Source: Patescibacteria group bacterium
GTDB taxonomy: Bacteria; Patescibacteriota; Microgenomatia; UBA8517
Direction: 5' to 3'
Assembly (NCBI GenBank): GCA_036835125.1
Contig: DAITMO010000001.1
Location: 255,508 to 319,507 of the forward strand
DNA: 64,000 bases
Part shown: in pieces, positions 56,686 through 64,000 of the stretch
How positions within the stretch are numbered: the first letter of the stretch is position 1
Layout of the letters: each line of letters opens with the position of its first letter
Notes under the pieces: generated by a model
What the model was told of the DNA's origin: nothing
The model's input: only the letters and a program-made list of their open reading frames with translations
Databases searched by the model: none
Made by a program: the position numbers and the translations under genes

Positions 56686-57513
56686 TCACTTTTTGGATAT
56701 TAGTTTTAATTTCTGGGCATTCTTCGAAGTGATTACTTTTTTGCCTGTTTTTGATTCTATCTCACGTCTTGCATTTCCTGCAACAGTTCCTCCTTCTTTG
56801 GCCACATTTTTATTTTCTGGAAAGTTCTTTGGTTTTCTTTTCTGTGAGATTTCAGTAGTGGCGGTTTCTGCAAGCATGTTTAATACCAATTCTAAATTTG
56901 TCATATTGTCTCTCAAATTTTCTTTTTTCAGTTTTTTAAGATTTTTATATTGTTTTGTGGTTAATCCTGCCCAAGCTTTGGATATTTCATCAGTTAAAAT
57001 TGCAAATTCAGATCCTTTTTTAACTCCACGATTCTCCCATTCATTAGTTAATGATTTTCTTATCTCAATGCTTTTTAGGCGTTGGTTTATCCATTCCCTG
57101 CTATAACCCTTTTGTAGATAAGTTTCCAATGCTCTATTGATTGCAATTTCAGGGTCTGCAGTTTCTTCCAACCTCTCATATCCAGTACGGGCTAACCATA
57201 GTTTGAAAGGTTCGGCTTTGGGTGAGGGAATTGATTGAATCAAACGCAATACAGTTTCTGTATCTGCCGTATCAGTGAGGTAATGTTTACCGTCAGATGA
57301 TTTCATTTTCAGTTGTACGATTTTTTCGTACAACTCACTTCCTTCTTTGTGTAAATTAATTTTTAAATCACTCCAATACCTCCTTGGTATAGAACTACCT
57401 GTCAATGTTTGGACAATATCAATAATGGAAAAGTACCATAATTCCTTTTCATTGTCCCAATGCCTGCGTATTTTATTGCCTTCAAATAGTGCTACTTTGG
57501 TAATATCAGTCAT
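56686..57513 (-). CDS. Bro-N / DinD-like (DNA-damage-inducible protein D family) protein
   Basis: The N-terminal ALFEGNKIRRHWDNEKELWYFSIIDIVQTLT matches the Bro-N/DinD hallmark. The mid-region IQSIPSPKAEPFKLWLARTGYERLEE is DinD-like. Confidence 0.55.
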   Translation of the reverse strand: MTDITKVALFEGNKIRRHWDNEKELWYFSIIDIVQTLTGSSIPRRYWSDLKINLHKEGSELYEKIVQLKMKSSDGKHYLTDTADTETVLRLIQSIPSPKAEPFKLWLARTGYERLEETADPEIAINRALETYLQKGYSREWINQRLKSIEIRKSLTNEWENRGVKKGSEFAILTDEISKAWAGLTTKQYKNLKKLKKENLRDNMTNLELVLNMLAETATTEISQKRKPKNFPENKNVAKEGGTVAGNARREIESKTGKKVITSKNAQKLKLISKK

Positions 57514-57521
57514 ATATACAC

Positions 57522-57549
57522 TTTATAACCAAATATTACCCGAAGTCAA
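57522..57549 (-). promoter_or_regulatory. Putative promoter for the DinD-like gene, giving a leaderless or near-leaderless mRNA
   Basis: On the minus strand, TTGACT, a 16-bp spacer, TATAAA, then 8 nt to the ATG. There is no room for an SD. Confidence 0.3.
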
Positions 57550-57575
57550 TAGGGAAGATGTTTAAGATTAGTTTT

Positions 57576-58712
57576 TTACAGAAATGGTGCCCAATTACTA
57601 ATTGGCATCACATTTTGAGAAATGAAGGCAAGGGAATATAAATAAACTGGAACAATGAGTATTGTTAGGATTATTTTGATCTCTTTTTTAATTAAAATAT
57701 CTGAGAATGCAACATAAAGGAAAGGGATAATAGGAAGGAAATATCTGAGTAAGTCTCTATGGGAAACAAAAAGAATCATTAAATAGAAAAGTCCTGCAAA
57801 GCTTGCAAGTTCTATCTCTTTCTTTTGAATGAGTCTAACTATTCCTAAGGCTCCAACAGCATAAATTGCCAGTATTTCTTCTAGCCAAAAGGTTCCTACC
57901 CAGGGAGAAGAATAATTAAATATCTGAAATGGTGGAAATCCTAGGTGGATATTATCTCCTGAATTAAAATATGCCCAAAAGTCTCCCATTGTAAATTTGT
58001 AGAAGAGGAATACTCCAAGAAGGGCAACGGGAATCAAAAGGAGTGGATATATTTTTTTAATCTTTAGTGTGATCTTTTTACTTATTATTGAGTCAATTAT
58101 GTAAAAAAGAGTGTATCCAGCAAAAAGTAAAATTCCAGGGGACTTTGTAAATGTTGCTATCATTCCCCAGATACCTGAAAGCCAGAATTTTTTACTTCTA
58201 AAATAAAAAACTGAAGCTAGAATTCCTGCTACAAATAGGGGGTCAGCGGAACCAACTGATCTAACAATCAACCATCTTGCGGGAAGGATCGAAAAAAGGA
58301 AAGTCAAAAATATAGCATTCTTTTTATCTACAAACTTGGAAATGAGCCTATTAAAGAAGTAGATTGCAAGAATTGAAGAAAGAATGGTTACGATTAGCAT
58401 TGAATATGGATAGTTGGTTACAATTCCAAAAAGTTTTATGAGAAGTGGAAAGAGGGGGAAATGGGCTGCGTAGTATTCTGTTGGTAGTGGAAACTGAAAA
58501 CTTGCCTTGATTAGTTCTGTGTTGTATAGAGTTTTGGCAACAGCTATATAAAGAGGTCCATCATAGTTTGCTACAATTGTCGCAAGTCCGTTTTGGGGGA
58601 GTGGAATTGTCCAAAAATTCTTGAGTCTGAGCATGAAAGGAAGCCAAACTAGTAATGTTGGGATGAGTGAAAAGAGTGCTGCAATGAATAATTTCTTTAT
58701 ATTTTTCCTCAT
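57576..58712 (-). CDS. Polytopic membrane glycosyltransferase-like protein (GT-C fold candidate)
   Basis: About 11 TM helices. A DUF2079/GT-C-like architecture is inferred from hydrophobicity only. Confidence 0.45.
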   Translation of the reverse strand: MRKNIKKLFIAALFSLIPTLLVWLPFMLRLKNFWTIPLPQNGLATIVANYDGPLYIAVAKTLYNTELIKASFQFPLPTEYYAAHFPLFPLLIKLFGIVTNYPYSMLIVTILSSILAIYFFNRLISKFVDKKNAIFLTFLFSILPARWLIVRSVGSADPLFVAGILASVFYFRSKKFWLSGIWGMIATFTKSPGILLFAGYTLFYIIDSIISKKITLKIKKIYPLLLIPVALLGVFLFYKFTMGDFWAYFNSGDNIHLGFPPFQIFNYSSPWVGTFWLEEILAIYAVGALGIVRLIQKKEIELASFAGLFYLMILFVSHRDLLRYFLPIIPFLYVAFSDILIKKEIKIILTILIVPVYLYSLAFISQNVMPISNWAPFL

Positions 58713-58768
58713 TAATAGAATATTATCATGATGTGCCTAAAATGGGTACTATTTGATACAATAGTGAT

Positions 58769-59479
58769 ATGGATTCAAAAATTAATGAACTTTCTGTTTT
58801 TCTTCCAACCTACAATGAAGAAGAAAATTTATCAAAAACAATTGAAAACGTAATTGGAGCAGCTTCAAAATATGCAAACAATTGGGAACTTCTTATCATT
58901 AATGACGGTTCAAAAGATGACACTTTGGAAGTTGCTAAAAAGTATCAAGAAAAGGATAAAAGAATAAAAGTATTAAATCATGAAGTAAACTTGGGGTACG
59001 GTGCTTCATTAAAAACTGGATTTTATAATTCCAAATATTCTTGGATAGCATTCATTGATTCTGACGGACAATTTAATTTTGAAGAAATTGACAATTTTTT
59101 AAATAAGCAGGAAGAAACAAACGCAGATCTTGTAATAGGGTACTACAAAAAGAGAAAAGTATCTTTCTTTAAAAGAATAACCAGTAAAGTATGGGAAGCT
59201 GTTGTTTTTCTTTTCTTTGGACTTAAGGTAAAAGACATTGATTGTGGATTTAAATTGATTTCTAAAAAAGTAATTGATGGTATTTCAAAACTTGAAAGTG
59301 AAAGGGGGGCGTTCATTAGTAGTGAACTTTTAATTAAAGCTAGGAAAAAAGGATTTAAGATCGTTGAGATTCCGGTTACACATTATCCAAGAACCAGGGG
59401 AACAGGAACCGGGAGAAACATCAATGTAATAATAAAAAGCTTTATTGATTTGTTTAGGCTTTGGAGGAAATTAAGATGA
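58769..59479 (+). CDS. GT2 glycosyltransferase (polyprenyl-phosphate glycosyl synthase-like)
   Basis: The N-terminus reads LSVFLPTYNEEENL. The DxD motif reads IDSDGQF. It is followed by an overlapping GT-C gene (ATGA). Confidence 0.8.
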   Translation: MDSKINELSVFLPTYNEEENLSKTIENVIGAASKYANNWELLIINDGSKDDTLEVAKKYQEKDKRIKVLNHEVNLGYGASLKTGFYNSKYSWIAFIDSDGQFNFEEIDNFLNKQEETNADLVIGYYKKRKVSFFKRITSKVWEAVVFLFFGLKVKDIDCGFKLISKKVIDGISKLESERGAFISSELLIKARKKGFKIVEIPVTHYPRTRGTGTGRNINVIIKSFIDLFRLWRKLR

Positions 59480-60996
59480 ATATAAAGAAGTTCTTGTTAG
59501 GTTTAGGAGACTGGATAAAGAAAAACCCTCTCGAGTTTTCTTTTCTTTTAGCAATACTTCTAGTTGGTGCATTTTTGAGGCTTTATAGAATTGACGAATA
59601 TATGACTTTTTTGGGAGATGAGGGGAGGGACGTTATTATTGTTAGGCGTATCTTTACAGAACTTCACCCTCCACTAATTGGACCTGGAACTTCAGTGGGT
59701 GGAATGTACCTGGGACCTCTTTACTACTACATGATGGCTCTTCCTCTACTTCTTTCAGGGTTTTCTCCTGTTGGCCCTGCTGTCATGGTGGCTCTTTTAG
59801 GGGTAGCTACAATTTTCTTTATCTGGTTTGTTGGGAAAAAATGGTTTGGAAACTTTGCGGGATTAATTGCGGGAGGTTTATATGCAGTCTCACCTGTTCC
59901 AATTATTTTTTCCCATTCTTCGTGGAATCCCAATATAATGCCTTTCTTCTCCCTGCTTTGTGTTTATGCTATTTGGAAAGTTTGGAAAGAAAATAAATTA
60001 AACTGGCTGGTTGTAATGGGAATTTCATTTGCATTTGTACTCCAATCACACTACCTTGGACTTCTTTTGGCCCCAACTTTATTTTTGTTTTGGATAATTA
60101 CACTTATTAAAGAGAAGTCAAAGAAAGTGTTTATTCAAAAAAGTATTTTAGGACTAATTTCATTTTTACTTCTCATGAGTCCACTTTTAATCTTTGATTT
60201 AAGACACGACTTCATGAATGCAAAAGCATTCAACAATTTTTTGGTTAATAGAGATTCCACTGTATCCATTAATCTATTTGAGTCCATTAAAAAAGTTCCA
60301 GAAACATTTAATTTGATAACAAGATCATTGATTGGGGCTAAGAATACATTTGTGTCCCTTGTTCTTTCAATCTTTTTATCTTTTGCAACATTTTGGTTTT
60401 TACTAACTAAACGATTTAAAGACAAATCTTCTTTATACCTAATTATCGCTTGGATATTATTTGCGACCCTTGGACTTAGTTTTTATAAATTATCAATTTA
60501 TGACCACTATTTAGGTTTTGTTTTTGTGGTGCCTTATATATTGATTGGAATACTATTATCAAAATTTAGTGAGCGTGGAAGAGTCTTTAAAGGGATTAGC
60601 ATTTTAATTGTTTTGCTTTTAGTAATTCTTAATTTAATGCAAAATCCATTTCGCCATGAACCAAATAGGCTATTAAAAAGGTCTCAAGATGTAGCAGGAA
60701 AGATATTGAGTTTAGATAACGATAAACCATTTAATTTGGCAGTTATTGCAGATAATAATTATGAAGATGGCTACGAATATTATTTATATCTGTGGGGAGG
60801 AAGGGTATTAAACGCAGATATTAATGACGCGTCTACCATAACTGATCAATTATTTGTAATTTGTGAGAGAGAAGAGACAAAGTGTGATCCAACACATTCT
60901 CCAAAGGCAGAGGTTGCAAATTTTGGCATGAGTGAAATTGAAAATAAATGGAGTGTGGATGGAGTTATAATATATAAGCTTATACACACAAAATAA
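59476..60996 (+). CDS. ArnT/PMT-like GT-C membrane glycosyltransferase
   Basis: The N-terminal loop YRIDEYMTFLGDEGRDVIIVRRI sits between TM1 and TM2 and has Asp/Glu residues typical of GT-C polyprenyl-P-sugar transferases. There are more than 10 TM helices. Confidence 0.6.
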   Translation: MNIKKFLLGLGDWIKKNPLEFSFLLAILLVGAFLRLYRIDEYMTFLGDEGRDVIIVRRIFTELHPPLIGPGTSVGGMYLGPLYYYMMALPLLLSGFSPVGPAVMVALLGVATIFFIWFVGKKWFGNFAGLIAGGLYAVSPVPIIFSHSSWNPNIMPFFSLLCVYAIWKVWKENKLNWLVVMGISFAFVLQSHYLGLLLAPTLFLFWIITLIKEKSKKVFIQKSILGLISFLLLMSPLLIFDLRHDFMNAKAFNNFLVNRDSTVSINLFESIKKVPETFNLITRSLIGAKNTFVSLVLSIFLSFATFWFLLTKRFKDKSSLYLIIAWILFATLGLSFYKLSIYDHYLGFVFVVPYILIGILLSKFSERGRVFKGISILIVLLLVILNLMQNPFRHEPNRLLKRSQDVAGKILSLDNDKPFNLAVIADNNYEDGYEYYLYLWGGRVLNADINDASTITDQLFVICEREETKCDPTHSPKAEVANFGMSEIENKWSVDGVIIYKLIHTK

Positions 60997-60997
60997 A

Positions 60998-61981
60998 ATG
61001 AACTACAAAGAATCATCAATAATTTTAGAAGAGATTAAAAAATCCGAGAGGATACTTATTAATTGCCACAGAGGTCCGGATTCGGATTCTGTTGGATCTG
61101 CTCTTGCGCTTCAGGAAATTTTGCAAATTATGGAAAAAGATGTGGAAGTAATTTGTCCAAGCGATATACCTAAAGATTTAATATTTTTGAATGAGGCAAA
61201 AAATATTAGGAGAGTTAATTTTACTTCATTTGATTTTTCTGGGTATGATTTGTTTTTGATATTGGACTCTTCAAATTACTCAATGGTTACAGGAGAAAAA
61301 GATTCGGTAAAACCTGGTATAAAATCAATTGTTATTGATCACCATTTTTCTAATGACAAATTTGGTGATATTAATTTGGTGGATCCAGACATGACTTCAA
61401 CAAGTGAACTTCTATATCACATTTTTAGTGATTGGGGTAATGAAATAACAAGAAATGTTGCAGAGTCATTATTAACTGGAATCATGGGGGACACTGGAGC
61501 ATTCCAATATCAAAATGTTGGGCAGAAAACCATTAGAGTTGCCGCTGACTTGATGGATAAAGGAGCTGATAAAGACAAGATTGTTTTTAATCTTTATAGA
61601 AGTATTGAGTTTAAGGAAGTTAAAATGTGGGGAAAGTTTATTGAAGCGATGATGATTGACAATGGATTTGTTTGGTCTGCGATTCCTCTTTCTGTCTATA
61701 AAGATTTTGGAGAATATTCTTCTGCCAAGGAAGATGTTGCCAATTTATTTTTTCCGATTGTTGAAGGAACAAAATTTGGTATAGCAATGGTTGAAACTTC
61801 TGAAAATGTTATATCAGCAAGTTTCAGATCAAGAAAAGATTTTGATGTATCGGTTATTGCAAATGAAGTTGGTGGTGGGGGGCATAAAACTGCAGCAGGA
61901 GCAAGAATTGAAGGTATTCCATTTCAAGAGGCAGTTAATAAAGTATTAAAAGTAGCTCGAAAGTATGCTCAAGAAAAATAA
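60998..61981 (+). CDS. nrnA: DHH/DHHA1 phosphoesterase (NrnA-like nanoRNase / pAp phosphatase)
   Basis: The N-terminus reads INCHRGPDSDSVGSALAL. The DHH motif (IDHHFSND) and the DHHA1 GGGH motif (GGGGHKTAAG) are present. Confidence 0.75.
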   Translation: MNYKESSIILEEIKKSERILINCHRGPDSDSVGSALALQEILQIMEKDVEVICPSDIPKDLIFLNEAKNIRRVNFTSFDFSGYDLFLILDSSNYSMVTGEKDSVKPGIKSIVIDHHFSNDKFGDINLVDPDMTSTSELLYHIFSDWGNEITRNVAESLLTGIMGDTGAFQYQNVGQKTIRVAADLMDKGADKDKIVFNLYRSIEFKEVKMWGKFIEAMMIDNGFVWSAIPLSVYKDFGEYSSAKEDVANLFFPIVEGTKFGIAMVETSENVISASFRSRKDFDVSVIANEVGGGGHKTAAGARIEGIPFQEAVNKVLKVARKYAQEK

Positions 61982-63452
61982 AAAGAAAATCTTCGGATTT
62001 ATTCTGGTTGTTGTTTTGGCGGTTGCCTCATTTTTAAGATTCTTTAGATTAAAAGAACTTCTTGGATTTTGGTATGATCAGGGGAGGGATGCCCTTGTTA
62101 TCTGGGATTTAATCAAAAATGGAAAGATGTTTTTGATTGGTCCTACTACAGGAATTGAAGGAGTGTTTCGTGGACCCTGGTATTACTATTTGATAACTCC
62201 ATTTTACTATCTGGGAAATGGAAATCCAGTTTACCCAATGATATTTCTGACACTTATCGCAGTCTTTGCAATTTTTGTTCTTTATAAAGTTGGTGAAAGT
62301 TTGGGAGGAAAAAAAGTTGCCTTAATATCAGCATTTATTGGGGGACTTTCTATCTATATTGTTAACTCTTCTCGCTGGTTAAGTAATCCCACCCCAATGC
62401 TTCTGATTGGGATTTCAATGATCTGGGCGATTTATAAATTTATGGAGGGGAAAAAATATTCACTTCCAGCAATTGCACTTTTGGCGGGTATGGCAATGAA
62501 TTTTGGATCAGCCATGGAAATATTCTATTTTCCGGCACTTCTCTCTATTTTTATTTGGAAAAGAAAAAACCTGCCAAACATTAAAACAGTACTTTTATCA
62601 ATTGGAATTTTTATAGCTGTGTTTGTTCCCCAAATCCTTTTTGAGATAAGACATCCTGGAGTACTCACTGGTCCCATACAAAAGTTTCTATTTCAAGATG
62701 GGAGTTTCAGTCTGTCTTTCTGGGAACTCTTAAAAGTTAGAATTCCGTTTTATTATTCAGTTTTTTATTCAAAATTCTGGCTGGATGGAGGGAGTCTCTT
62801 TGCTCCATTCTTTGCTATTGCAGTTCTAACACTAATCTTTAAAGGAAAAGAAATATTCAAAAATCAAAAGTTTATTGTGGTTTTCTTATTTACATTTATA
62901 CCGTTTTTAGGAGGACTATTTTTTAGTGGGAATCATGGAAATGTTTATGATTACTATTTTACTGGCTACTATCTTATTTTTATTCTTTTCTTTTCATTTT
63001 TACTGGCCAAAATTTCTGAAAAAGGGTTGGGGAAAATTATTGTTTTAATCTTTTTGATTATTTTTTCCTACAAAAATATTACTTCGTTTAAGGAATCATA
63101 TGGAAAAAATATCTATGATTACAAAGCGGTTTATCTTGGCATGGAGACCCCCGCAATTGATTGGGTATATAAAGATGCAGGGGGTCGCGATTTTAATGTT
63201 GATGTCTATGTCCCTCCAGTAATTCCATATGCATACGATTATCTTTTTAAATGGTTGGGGGAAACAAAGTATGGGAAAGAGCCAAAAGTTGAGAATGTAA
63301 ATTTACTCTATACTTTATATGAAGAGGATTTGGATCATCCTGAACGTTTGAAGGCATGGCTTGAAAGACAAAAAGGAATAGGAACTGTAATAAAAGAGGA
63401 GAAATTTGGTATGATAGTAGTTCAGGAGAGACAAAGGATTAAAGAAAAATGA
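61965..63452 (+). CDS. ArnT/PMT-like GT-C membrane glycosyltransferase (second copy)
   Basis: The N-terminal loop reads FWYDQGRDALVIWDLI. More than 10 TM helices. It is a paralogue of CDS 59476..60996. Confidence 0.55.
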   Translation: MLKKNKKKIFGFILVVVLAVASFLRFFRLKELLGFWYDQGRDALVIWDLIKNGKMFLIGPTTGIEGVFRGPWYYYLITPFYYLGNGNPVYPMIFLTLIAVFAIFVLYKVGESLGGKKVALISAFIGGLSIYIVNSSRWLSNPTPMLLIGISMIWAIYKFMEGKKYSLPAIALLAGMAMNFGSAMEIFYFPALLSIFIWKRKNLPNIKTVLLSIGIFIAVFVPQILFEIRHPGVLTGPIQKFLFQDGSFSLSFWELLKVRIPFYYSVFYSKFWLDGGSLFAPFFAIAVLTLIFKGKEIFKNQKFIVVFLFTFIPFLGGLFFSGNHGNVYDYYFTGYYLIFILFFSFLLAKISEKGLGKIIVLIFLIIFSYKNITSFKESYGKNIYDYKAVYLGMETPAIDWVYKDAGGRDFNVDVYVPPVIPYAYDYLFKWLGETKYGKEPKVENVNLLYTLYEEDLDHPERLKAWLERQKGIGTVIKEEKFGMIVVQERQRIKEK

Positions 63453-64000
63453 AACCATATTTAAGCGTAATCATTCCCGCCTACAATGAAGAAATAAACC
63501 TTAAAAGGGGAGTTTTGGATAGTGTATATGAATACTTAAGAGAAAAGGATTTTTCCTGGGAAGTGTTTATATTGGATGATGGAAGTAGTGATGGAACAAT
63601 TGAGTTTGTTACCGAGTTTGCTAAAAAACACAAAAACTTTTTTCTTAAAAAAGAGCCGCATAGAGGAAAAGGTGGAACATTGATTGCAGGAGCTGACTAT
63701 GCCAATGGAGAATATGTTCTTTTTGCTGATATGGATCAGTCCACTCCAATGGATCAGTTTGATAAATTTATTCCAAAGCTTAATGAAGGTTATGATGTTG
63801 CAATTGGAAGTAGAAGCGGTAGGCCAGGTCAACCATTAATTAGAAAGATTATGGCATATGGTTTTGTTGTATTAAGAACCATAATTTTAAGGCTTCCATT
63901 TCGCGATACCCAGTGTGGGTTTAAGGTATATAAAAGTGAGGTAGCCAAAGAAATATTTAAGAGGACTCAAATATACAAAAAAGGCAACGTTTCAAAGATG
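63449..64000 (+). CDS. GT2 glycosyltransferase, N-terminal part (3' end outside the window)
   Basis: MKPYLSVIIPAYNEEINL ... ILDDGSSDGT ... DMDQSTP includes the DxD motif. The frame is open to the window end. The ATGA start overlaps the preceding stop. Confidence 0.75.
   Translation, partial: MKPYLSVIIPAYNEEINLKRGVLDSVYEYLREKDFSWEVFILDDGSSDGTIEFVTEFAKKHKNFFLKKEPHRGKGGTLIAGADYANGEYVLFADMDQSTPMDQFDKFIPKLNEGYDVAIGSRSGRPGQPLIRKIMAYGFVVLRTIILRLPFRDTQCGFKVYKSEVAKEIFKRTQIYKKGNVSKM

Noticed and set aside
63536-63832. 98-aa minus-strand ORF at the window end
   Set aside because: It is antisense to the clearly recognisable GT2 N-terminus (MKPYLSVIIPAYNEE...DxD) that runs off the window.

Overview
This 64 kb window is visibly AT-rich and densely packed with short genes in co-directional blocks. 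It looks like a chromosomal segment from a small-genome, monoderm-like bacterium. Several traits fit a Candidate Phyla Radiation (Patescibacteria, Microgenomates-like) lineage, but that placement is inference only. The traits are Pro/Thr-rich linkers in secreted proteins, a lamin-tail-domain protein, a DUF134 regulator, and many GT2/GT-C glycosyltransferase pairs. The backbone is housekeeping: a partial AspRS/AsnRS gene plus gltX, lysS, serS, lon, greA, secA, prfB, ftsEX, tgt, trmD, rarA and nrnA. I found two tRNAs, tRNA-Gln(CUG) on the minus strand and tRNA-Glu(CUC) on the plus strand. Envelope and cell-wall genes include a D-Ala-D-Ala carboxypeptidase, an Rpf-like transglycosylase, an RlpA-like DPBB protein, a CAP-domain protein, a PcsB-like peptidase next to FtsEX, and a MacAB-like efflux module. 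A nucleotide-sugar block carries galE, galU, an RfbB 4,6-dehydratase with a long C-terminal extension, rmlC and rmlD. A large lipid-linked glycosylation region holds three GT2 plus polytopic GT-C pairs. I found no rRNA, CRISPR array, integrase or transposase. The most unusual locus is a three-gene minus-strand insert at about 55.2-57.5 kb that splits the glycosyltransferase cluster. It encodes a Bro-N/DinD-like protein with a near-leaderless promoter, a radical SAM enzyme of unassigned subclass followed by a clean intrinsic terminator, and a DUF35-like zinc-ribbon protein. Other items worth a second look are the RfbB fusion in a rhamnose operon that has GalU instead of RmlA, a JAB/MPN-like protein whose metal-ligand Asp is replaced by Lys, an orphan DUF4258 toxin-like gene, and a terminator-like hairpin inside the greA leader. 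All calls come from reading the sequence and the ORF translations; no database searches were run.
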